From an uncultured Clostridia bacterium (GTDB taxonomy: Bacteria > Bacillota > Clostridia > RUG12999): 64,000 nt of DNA. Below are positions 56,778-64,000 of the stretch, piece after piece. Position 1 is the first letter of the stretch. Each line of letters opens with the position of its first letter. A program made the translations under genes and the position numbers. The notes under the pieces are model-generated. The model saw only the letters and a list, made by a program, of their open reading frames with translations. It had not been told where the DNA came from and did no database searches. Location of the stretch: NCBI GenBank assembly GCA_946555455.1, contig CAMNSU010000003.1, positions 900-64,899 on the forward strand, written 5' to 3'.

Positions 56778-57623
56778 TTATGCTATCGCAACCGATTTAT
56801 ATACGAAATAGGCAATCACTAAAATACCCAAGATGATACGGTACCAACCGAATGCGGTAAAATCGTGTTTACGGATAAAGCCCATCAGGAATTTAATGGC
56901 AACAAGAGAAACCAAAAATGCCACAACCATACCCACAATCAAAACCTGCCATTCCACAGGCTGAATGACAGCGGAATCCATAAAAAATTTCAGTATTTTC
57001 AGCAGACTTGCGCCCAGCATGATGGGGATTGCCAAAAAGAAAGAGAATTCCGCGGCAACGCTGCGTGACGCCCCCATTAAAATACCGCCTAAAATAGTGG
57101 AACCGGAGCGCGAAGTGCCCGGAATGAGCGGCAGAATATCAAACACGCCAATCATCAGCGCAGTTTTGTAGTCCATGTCGTCCACAGAAGTAATGCGCGG
57201 ACGGCGTTTGCGGTTGTACCGTTCCAGCACGATAAACAAAATACCGTAGACAATCAGGGCAACTGCAACCACTTGGTAGTTATAGAAATTATCGGTGAAC
57301 CAATCATCCAGCAATACGCCGACAATACCCGCCGGAATCACTGCAACAATCACTTTTGCCCACAAGGACAAGGTTTGCCGCCGCTGCGCCGGCGTTTTTT
57401 TCAGAGAAAACGGGTTGAGTTTATGAAAATAAAGCACCACAACAGCCAAAATGGAACCGAATTGGATCACGACCAGAAACATATCCATAAAGGTCTGCGA
57501 AACCTTCATGTGAAGAAATTCGTCCACAAGAATCATGTGCCCTGTGCTGCTGATGGGAAGCCATTCTGTAATACCTTGTACAATGCCAAGTATGGCTGCC
57601 TGTAATAATGTAATAAAATCCAT
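56778..57623 (-). CDS. uppP: undecaprenyl-diphosphate phosphatase
   Basis: 281 aa with UppP/BacA signatures (GI.QGITEWLPISSTGH and PG.SRSG.TI). Confidence 0.9.
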   Translation of the reverse strand: MDFITLLQAAILGIVQGITEWLPISSTGHMILVDEFLHMKVSQTFMDMFLVVIQFGSILAVVVLYFHKLNPFSLKKTPAQRRQTLSLWAKVIVAVIPAGIVGVLLDDWFTDNFYNYQVVAVALIVYGILFIVLERYNRKRRPRITSVDDMDYKTALMIGVFDILPLIPGTSRSGSTILGGILMGASRSVAAEFSFFLAIPIMLGASLLKILKFFMDSAVIQPVEWQVLIVGMVVAFLVSLVAIKFLMGFIRKHDFTAFGWYRIILGILVIAYFVYKSVAIA

Positions 57624-57806
57624 ATGTAGCCGCCCTTTCTATGTGTCAAATAAATTTACCATGCAGACCAAAAGCCTGCAAATGGCATGGAAAGAACGCG
57701 AAATCCGTCGCCAGGCAAAGGGACAAATTTCCACGCTTTATTTAGCATACTACGCCCGCCGGTATTTGTCAACTGTTTTTATGCGAAACCACATGAAAAA
57801 TGTTTG

Positions 57807-58406
57807 CTAAACCGTCCGCGGGCGGAAGGTGTTCAGTGAACCGGAAACCAGCGAAGCGCTTAAAATGGAAAAGAGAATTTGCGCACTGGCTTTCATGCTA
57901 TAGACCATGTCCAGTTTCATGCGTGGTGCGGACTGCATATATTGCCGGTGCATGTCTGCAATATGATGATGTATTCCGCTGACGGAAGTGAGCGAGCGGT
58001 CGTCCGGCACCAATTTTACCGCGTGTAGCCGATTTACATGTTCTTTAAAATATTTATGCAGTTTGCGTTCATAAGATACGTGCTGCGCCGAAGTTCCGGA
58101 GAAATGTTTGTTGTGCGCGTAACAAAAAAAGTCGCAGTAGTAGTGGCACAAAATGCCAAGCTGCAAAGAGAATTGTTTGCTGCGCAAATCCGTCCGTGTC
58201 CGCCGTTCCAGCGACAACTTTGTTACAATCTGCTCCAGCCGGAACAAGTGATTTTCGGTATAATGCGGATTTAAAACAACGCCGGGGCGGAAATCAGGGC
58301 AAACGCAGCCATATAGAAAACTGGTTTTTCGCAGGGAAATACCATAGTTTTGGTTCAGATAGTGATACAAATAAGTGCCAATGAGCAAGTGGTTCAGGGA
58401 GTTCAA
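57807..58406 (-). CDS. zinc-dependent phospholipase C family protein (small Clostridial type)
   Basis: About 199 aa if started at the TTG preceded by AAGGAAGG. The ORF track has a GTG start at 58451. The N-terminus LNHLLIGTYLYHYL and the His-rich motifs resemble this family. Confidence 0.5.
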   Translation of the reverse strand: MNSLNHLLIGTYLYHYLNQNYGISLRKTSFLYGCVCPDFRPGVVLNPHYTENHLFRLEQIVTKLSLERRTRTDLRSKQFSLQLGILCHYYCDFFCYAHNKHFSGTSAQHVSYERKLHKYFKEHVNRLHAVKLVPDDRSLTSVSGIHHHIADMHRQYMQSAPRMKLDMVYSMKASAQILFSILSASLVSGSLNTFRPRTV

Positions 58407-58633
58407 ACAGCAACCTTCCTTTCGCGTATCAATGGAGTTTCGGGATACCACTAAATAGTATACACGAAACCGTAAAACAAAAAAATAGATAAATTATGAA
58501 AAGTTTATAAACTTTTATATAACGGATATGGGAATGCGTACTCATTTTTAGTATAAAGCATGTGACGCGAAAAGGCAATGGATACTTTTTCCGAAACGCG
58601 AGATTCGACCTGTTTATGCCTATATAACAGCGG

Positions 58634-59521
58634 TTAGGAGGTCAGTGATTCCGTGTTTTCCGCAAATCCTTCACCGAACGCCTCATGTACTTCTGTGATG
58701 GTGATAAATGCATGGGGGTCAATTTCTTTGATGATACGGCGCAGCAAGGTGATTTCCTTTTTAGATACGACCACGTAGAGTATGGTAATCGGTTCACCGC
58801 GGTACATGCCTTTGGCAGGAATGACGGTGTTGCCGCGCTGTAATTGTTCAAACACTGCCTGTGAGATTTCCTCTGATTTTCTGGAAAAAATGAATGCCGC
58901 TTTGGCAACATGCAGACCACTGAGCAGATTGCTGAGCACTTTGGAGGCAACGAACACTGAAATAATGGCATAGAGCGTTTTCACTGCGCCAAACAGGAAC
59001 AGTCCTGCGGTGATGATAACAGCGTCAATGGCAAGTATCAGCGTCGCCATGGGAAAATGGGGGAGACGGCCTTTGATAATGGACGCTAACATATCGGTTC
59101 CGCCGGTGGTGGCGGACGCTTTGAGTACAAGCGCAATACCCGCGCCGGAAAGCACGCCGCACATGATACCTGCTAACAATAAATCTGTTTCGCCCGCAAA
59201 GGGGTTGGGGAGATAGGGGAACAGCCAAAAAGCAATGGTCATCCATATGACAGCGACAAGAGAACGTTTGGCAAAAGCAAAGCCGCGCTGCCGGATACTG
59301 ACGATAAAGAGCGGCACGTTCAGCAGCGCGTTGGTGAGCGCAATGGGAACGCCAAAGCCGAAAAGTTTATGCGTCAGTTCGCGAAAGAGAATGGAAAGCC
59401 CTGAAAAGCCGCCGATAACCAGTCCCAGCGGGTCAGCAAACCAAACAACGCCCAGCGCAAAAATACTCACGCCCAGCAGAATCAGCCAGAGGTCATGTTT
59501 CCAAAAAGATGTCTGTTTCAT
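58634..59521 (-). CDS. YitT family membrane protein (DUF161 with C-terminal DUF2179)
   Basis: Start at MKQTSFWK, preceded by AAAAGGAGC. The product is 295 aa with five or six TM helices and a C-terminal soluble domain typical of YitT. Confidence 0.8.
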   Translation of the reverse strand: MKQTSFWKHDLWLILLGVSIFALGVVWFADPLGLVIGGFSGLSILFRELTHKLFGFGVPIALTNALLNVPLFIVSIRQRGFAFAKRSLVAVIWMTIAFWLFPYLPNPFAGETDLLLAGIMCGVLSGAGIALVLKASATTGGTDMLASIIKGRLPHFPMATLILAIDAVIITAGLFLFGAVKTLYAIISVFVASKVLSNLLSGLHVAKAAFIFSRKSEEISQAVFEQLQRGNTVIPAKGMYRGEPITILYVVVSKKEITLLRRIIKEIDPHAFITITEVHEAFGEGFAENTESLTS

Positions 59522-59669
59522 AAGATGATGCTCCTTTTTTGCCAAAATGGATATGTAGTCAGTGTAATGAGTAAAAGGGTAACCTGAATGCAGAACAGTA
59601 AACGGAAAAAAGACTTTACAAACGCCGGATATTTGCCTATAATAAAAGGGATAAAGGGGGAATCGGAAA

Positions 59670-60167
59670 ATGACCTATCAAGAAATATACCGTCAGGCAT
59701 ACCGGATTTTGAACCATACCACGCCGCTGGAAGTGGACTGCGGGCAGCTTTGCGGCGCGCGCTGCTGCCTGAGTGAAGGGGAGGAAGAAAGCGGCATGTA
59801 TTTGTTTCCGGGGGAGGAAGTGATGTTCCGCGGCGCAGGGGATTGGGTGCGCATAGAGGACAGCGATTTTGTCAGCGGCGGGAAATCGGTACCGATTTTG
59901 TTTTGCCGGCCGCCCTGCCCGAGAGAACTTCGTCCGCTGGCGTGCCGTATTTTTCCGTTCATACCCTATTTCAAAAACGGGACGCTGGAAATCATCAAAG
60001 ACCCGCGCGCCCGCGGTATGTGTCCGCTGTTTTGGGCGGAGGAAGAACAGTTTTCAGCACAGTTTCGTAAAAAAACAGAATATATGTGCCGTTTTCTGCT
60101 GCGCTTTCCGGTATTTCGCCAGTATTTTGCTGACCTAACAGAAATTTTGGATTCCTGCGTATTATAA
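59670..60167 (+). CDS. YkgJ/UPF0153-like cysteine-cluster protein
   Basis: 165 aa with the CX2CX2CC motif CGQLCGARCC plus further conserved Cys residues. The RBS is AAAGGGGGAA. Confidence 0.45.
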   Translation: MTYQEIYRQAYRILNHTTPLEVDCGQLCGARCCLSEGEEESGMYLFPGEEVMFRGAGDWVRIEDSDFVSGGKSVPILFCRPPCPRELRPLACRIFPFIPYFKNGTLEIIKDPRARGMCPLFWAEEEQFSAQFRKKTEYMCRFLLRFPVFRQYFADLTEILDSCVL

Positions 60168-60369
60168 GCAGTTGCGGCGTTGCAGAAAGCAAACAGCGAT
60201 GTGTAAAATGAAACCTACTATGGTTTATTTTGCAGAAACTTGGCAGGATTTATGCAAGATTCCTATTGATTTTGTATGGAAGGTTGTTGTATAATAGGAA
60301 AAAAATAAAGATTCATCGGAATGCGTGCAAAACACATTGTCACAGATGAAATTATGGGAGGTTTTTTCA

Positions 60370-61437
60370 ATGGAAATTAAAATAACAAAAACGACCAATC
60401 CGAAAACCAAACCGGATCAGAACAATCTCGGATTTGGGATTCATTTTACAGACCATATGTTTATCATGAACTATGATGAAGGTCAGGGATGGCATGATGC
60501 ACGTATTGTACCATATGGTCCGTTTGAAATTGACCCTGCCTGCATGGTGCTGCACTATGCGCAGGAAATTTTTGAAGGACTGAAAGCCTATCGCACAGCG
60601 GACGGCAGTATTCAGTTGTTCCGTCCGGAAAAAAACATGGCGAGAATGAACGTATCCTGCGACCGGCTGTGTATTCCGAAAATTGATGAGGAATTTGCTG
60701 TGAAAGCGATTAAGACGCTGGTTGATATCGACAGCGACTGGGTTCCGTCACTGGAAGGCACCTCGCTTTACATCAGACCCTATATTTTTGCAACGGATAT
60801 CCATGTGGGTGTTCACCCTGCCAAACATTTGATATTTGCGATTATTCTGTCGCCTGTGGGTGCATATTATCCGCAGGGCATTGCGCCGGTTAAAATTTAT
60901 GTGGAACAAAAATATGTGCGCGCAGTGGTCGGCGGTACCGGTTTCACAAAAGCGGGCGCGAATTATGCGATTTCACTCAAAGGACAGGAAGAAGCAGCGG
61001 AACAGGGATATATCCAGACGCTTTGGCTGGACGGCGTGGAACGGAAATATATTGAAGAAGTGGGTTCCATGAACGTGTTCTTTAAAATAGACGGCGAAAT
61101 TGTAACGCCTGCGCTGCAAGGCTCCATTCTTTCCGGAATCACCAGAATGTCCATCATTGAACTCTTAAAATCAAAAGGATATCCGGTATCTGAGCGTCGG
61201 CTTTCCATTGACGAACTGGTGCAGGCATTCAAAGAAGGAAAACTGGAAGAAGCGTGGGGCACCGGTACAGCGGCGGTTATTTCGCCCATTGGCGAACTGA
61301 AATACGGCGACATTGTCATGCCGATTAACGGCGGTGAAATCGGTGAGGTTTCACAAATGCTCTATGATACCTTAACAGGCATTCAGTGGGGCAAAATTGA
61401 GGACACCTTCGGCTGGACAACAAAAGTGAACGAATGA
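60370..61437 (+). CDS. ilvE: branched-chain amino acid aminotransferase
   Basis: Start at MEIKITK, preceded by GGAGG. The product is 355 aa, a class IV aminotransferase with motifs FEGLKAYR, YIRP and EVGSMNVFF. Confidence 0.9.
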   Translation: MEIKITKTTNPKTKPDQNNLGFGIHFTDHMFIMNYDEGQGWHDARIVPYGPFEIDPACMVLHYAQEIFEGLKAYRTADGSIQLFRPEKNMARMNVSCDRLCIPKIDEEFAVKAIKTLVDIDSDWVPSLEGTSLYIRPYIFATDIHVGVHPAKHLIFAIILSPVGAYYPQGIAPVKIYVEQKYVRAVVGGTGFTKAGANYAISLKGQEEAAEQGYIQTLWLDGVERKYIEEVGSMNVFFKIDGEIVTPALQGSILSGITRMSIIELLKSKGYPVSERRLSIDELVQAFKEGKLEEAWGTGTAAVISPIGELKYGDIVMPINGGEIGEVSQMLYDTLTGIQWGKIEDTFGWTTKVNE

Positions 61438-61510
61438 GGTAAATCATTGTACAGAACGTGAACGTATGGACTACCTGTACCATGGTTGTCCTGAAAAAAA
61501 TATCAAAAAA

Positions 61511-61542
61511 ACCGCAGAGAATGAAAATTCTCTGCGGTTTTT
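61511..61542. terminator. bidirectional rho-independent terminator
   Basis: ACCGCAGAGAAT-GAAA-ATTCTCTGCGGT followed by TTTTTG and preceded by AAAAAAA. Confidence 0.7.
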
Positions 61543-61557
61543 GTATATCGCTGCATT

Positions 61558-62610
61558 TTATACCGTCAAATGAATGACTTCGTTTTTGCGAGAGGATTCA
61601 AACGACGCTTCCATCACGCGCATGACACGCATTGCTTCCGCAGGGTCTACCAGCGGCGCGCCGTTTCCTTCAATGGCGTCCGCCAAGGCGCGGTAGGACT
61701 GTGTATAATCCGTAGTCGGTTCCTCCAGCTTGATTTCTTCAATCGTATGTTTGGGACGCGGCGCCATGGTTTTGGTCGGACCCGCTTTGGTATAGACGAT
61801 TTCTTCTTCCCATTCCATTTCGGTTTCTTTTGCGCGCACCACTGTACCGTCGCAGTTCCAGTCGGCGATTTTCAGCGTACCCTTGTCTCCGCTGACATGC
61901 CAGCGCGGCAATTCAATGAACGTGGAGGTGCTGACCTCAATCAACGCCGTCTTGCCGCTTTCAAACGTCAAAAACAGTTTGAAACAATCGTCTACTTCTT
62001 TGTAGTGAATAGAATACATTTTGCAATAAACCGAGGTGACTTTTTCCGGCAGCATCATCATGATTTGGTCAATCAAATGCACGCCCCAGTCCAGCATCAT
62101 ACCGCCGCCCGCGACAGGGTATTGCCGCCAGCCGTCCGGTACGCCGCGCGCGCCCTGCACGCGGGATTCAATGCAAAATACATCGCCCAGCAACTTATCT
62201 TCCATAATCGCTTTTTTCACCATGAGATAGTCAATATCCATGCGGCGGTTTTGATGTACCGTGAAAATATTGCCGGTTTGTTTGGCAACGTCCATAATGT
62301 CGGTCAGTTCGCCGGAGTGCATGGTTACCGGTTTTTCGCAAATCACATGTTTGCCGCGTCTCAGCGCTTCAATGCACAAATCGCGGTGAAAGTTATTGGG
62401 GGTCGCCACCAAAACAATGTCGATTGCCTCGTTTGCAAGCAATGCTTCAAAGCTTTCGCAGGTGGGATATCCTTCCTGCTGCGCGACTTCCATTCGTTTG
62501 GGATTGATGTCATATACGCCTAATATATCCATGCGGTCTTTCGGAATCAGCCCCCGCGCATGATGGCTGCCCATACCGCCGAATCCGACAATTCCTACGC
62601 CGTGTTTCAT
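61558..62610 (-). CDS. Gfo/Idh/MocA family oxidoreductase (ThuB-like)
   Basis: Start at MKHGVGIVGFGGMGSHH, a Rossmann GxGxxG, preceded by AGGCAGGAG. The product is 350 aa. Confidence 0.85.
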   Translation of the reverse strand: MKHGVGIVGFGGMGSHHARGLIPKDRMDILGVYDINPKRMEVAQQEGYPTCESFEALLANEAIDIVLVATPNNFHRDLCIEALRRGKHVICEKPVTMHSGELTDIMDVAKQTGNIFTVHQNRRMDIDYLMVKKAIMEDKLLGDVFCIESRVQGARGVPDGWRQYPVAGGGMMLDWGVHLIDQIMMMLPEKVTSVYCKMYSIHYKEVDDCFKLFLTFESGKTALIEVSTSTFIELPRWHVSGDKGTLKIADWNCDGTVVRAKETEMEWEEEIVYTKAGPTKTMAPRPKHTIEEIKLEEPTTDYTQSYRALADAIEGNGAPLVDPAEAMRVMRVMEASFESSRKNEVIHLTV

Positions 62611-62635
62611 GTTGTTCTCCTGCCTTTCCTTTTTG

Positions 62636-63601
62636 TTACGCCCAGAACATTTCTCCGACGCCTTCAAAAATCAGTACGTCTTTCAAAAATGCAATGGCTT
62701 TTTCCAGCCCTTCCTTGCCTGTCATGAGACTGTCCTCGTGTTCAATACTGAGCGCGCCGTCATATCCAATCATACGCAGCGTGCTGACAATATCTTTCCA
62801 GAAACCGGTATCATGACCATAGCCCACGGTGCGGAAAATCCAAGAACGTTCCAGTTCATTTCCAAAATGTTTCAAATCCAAAACGCCGTTTACTGCGGTG
62901 TTGATGGGGTCAATCTTGGTATCTTTTGCGTGGAAATGATAGATTGCGCCTTTGAGCGCCCGCAGCGCAGCAGGAATGTCAATGCCCTGCCAAACCAAAT
63001 GACTGGGGTCAAAGTTTGCGCCGATACAATCGCCGACTGCCGCACGCATTTTCAGCAGTGTTTCAGGATTGTATACACTGAAATTGGGGTGCAGTTCAAA
63101 CGCGATTTTATTCACGCCATGGTCTTTCGTGAAAGACGCCATTTTTTTCCAATAGGGAATCAAAACGTCGTTCCATTGGTAGTCCAGAATTTTCAGTGCG
63201 TCATCAGGCCATGGTGCAACCACCCAGTTGGGATACTGCGACTGCGGACAGTCGCCCGGGCAGCCGGAAAATCCGACAACGGTATCCACGCCCAATTGTT
63301 CCGCCACGAGAACCGCCTTTTCAAACTGTTCGTGGAAGGACTGCGCAACTTCTTTCTGTGGGTGTACCGGATTACCGTGACAGCTTACCGCGCTGATTTC
63401 CATGTGATATTTGTCCAGCAAGTCTTTGATATGTTGAATTTCGCTGGGATTGCCCAGCAGACGGTCAGGGTCTAAATGTGCTTTGCCAGGGAAGCCGCCT
63501 GCGCCAAGTTCAACGGTCTGCACGCCCAGTCCGCTTAAATAAGCGAGTACTTCTTCTAAATTCATGTCCCCAAGCGGGACGGTTAATACGCCAAGTTTCA
63601 T
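62636..63601 (-). CDS. sugar phosphate isomerase/epimerase (xylose isomerase-like TIM barrel)
   Basis: 321 aa with the AP-endonuclease-2/XylA-like TIM barrel pattern (ELG, FELHPN, HFHAKD, SIEHED). Confidence 0.8.
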   Translation of the reverse strand: MKLGVLTVPLGDMNLEEVLAYLSGLGVQTVELGAGGFPGKAHLDPDRLLGNPSEIQHIKDLLDKYHMEISAVSCHGNPVHPQKEVAQSFHEQFEKAVLVAEQLGVDTVVGFSGCPGDCPQSQYPNWVVAPWPDDALKILDYQWNDVLIPYWKKMASFTKDHGVNKIAFELHPNFSVYNPETLLKMRAAVGDCIGANFDPSHLVWQGIDIPAALRALKGAIYHFHAKDTKIDPINTAVNGVLDLKHFGNELERSWIFRTVGYGHDTGFWKDIVSTLRMIGYDGALSIEHEDSLMTGKEGLEKAIAFLKDVLIFEGVGEMFWA

Positions 63602-63617
63602 GTTTCATCTTTCCTTT

Positions 63618-64000
63618 CTATTTCATAGTATCTTCCGGTGCGGGAACATGTGGGCAGGTGATTTCCGCCAGTTTTACAGGGGAATATGCCCAGCGTACCG
63701 CGTTGGTGATAATGGTTTGGATATGAGCGTTGTGGTAAGTAGGATATGCTTCGTGACCCGGCTGGAAATAGAAAATCTTTCCGTAGCCGCGGTGGAAGGT
63801 GCAGCCGCTGCGGAATGCTTCGCCGCCGCGGAACCAGCCCAGATATATCACTTCGTCCGGCGCTGGAATGTCAAAAAATTCACCATACATTTCCTCCTGC
63901 GGCAAATCAATGCTGTTTGGCACGCCTGCCGCAATGGGGTGGGCAGGGTTTACGCACCATAAGCGTTCACGGTCGCCTTCCCGCCAGCGCAAAGAACAAC
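63618..64000 (-). CDS. ThuA-like (trehalose-utilisation) domain protein, C-terminal part; the 5' end lies beyond the window
   Basis: At least 124 aa are visible (…GWFRGGEAFRSGCTFHRGYGKIFYFQPGHE…NAVRWA). The call rests on the GH..E...N....L..N...WA pattern and on co-location with ThuB-like and isomerase genes. Confidence 0.45.
   Translation of the reverse strand, partial: CSLRWREGDRERLWCVNPAHPIAAGVPNSIDLPQEEMYGEFFDIPAPDEVIYLGWFRGGEAFRSGCTFHRGYGKIFYFQPGHEAYPTYHNAHIQTIITNAVRWAYSPVKLAEITCPHVPAPEDTMK

Noticed and set aside
1-64000. Search for rRNA, tRNA, CRISPR arrays, integrases or transposases, toxin-antitoxin pairs and defence-system hallmark genes
   Set aside because: Nothing convincing was seen. 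There is no cloverleaf-like tRNA structure in intergenic regions, no repeat-spacer arrays, and no recombinase or nuclease/helicase ORFs. The window therefore does not appear to contain a classical mobile island or defence locus.

Overview
This 64 kb window looks like a chromosomal segment from a Gram-positive anaerobe, probably a Clostridia/Oscillospiraceae-like gut Firmicute. That placement is an inference from gene content: S-layer homology (SLH) anchored proteins, a PerR-rubrerythrin pair, YtrA-type and PadR-type operons, and typical AGGAGG ribosome-binding sites. No rRNA, tRNA, CRISPR array, integrase or transposase gene was seen.

Content by region:
- 0-24 kb: housekeeping and small accessory operons. 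These are a small HTH regulator with a membrane partner, a cold-shock protein, coaD, tadA, rdgB, a PadR-DUF1700-DUF4097 operon, efflux pumps, and a DNA-repair-flavoured cluster (Fpg, a radical-SAM SplB-like protein, a nitroreductase and DUF1848). A second DUF1848 paralogue lies at 0.8 kb.
- 24.6-50 kb: a large glycan-utilisation locus. It holds a membrane-bound YesS-like AraC regulator, an LplABC-type ABC importer, a 2554-aa S-layer-anchored multidomain protein, two further SLH proteins (one a heparinase II/III-like lyase), a GH29 fucosidase, an SGNH esterase and a putative DUF4091-like hydrolase. A GH88 unsaturated-uronyl hydrolase sits separately at 14 kb.
- 50-64 kb: a ytrA-like GntR/ABC operon, ppk-ppx, perR-rubrerythrin, uppP, ilvE and a partial ThuA/ThuB-like sugar oxidoreductase cluster.

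Most notable observations:
1. A 33-nt Illumina TruSeq adapter flanked by a 21-nt duplication sits in frame inside coaD. This is an assembly artefact.
2. A family of repeated, hairpin-rich intergenic elements occurs at least twice with about 100 nt nearly identical, sharing palindromic ATAATATACGC/GCGTATATTAT termini.
3. A conserved CCGAACC/GGTTCGG intercistronic hairpin motif recurs within the glycan locus.
4. DUF1848 proteins carry a C-terminal CX3CX2C motif and are linked to Fpg and a radical-SAM lyase-like gene.
5. The domain architecture of the giant SLH protein is unusual.
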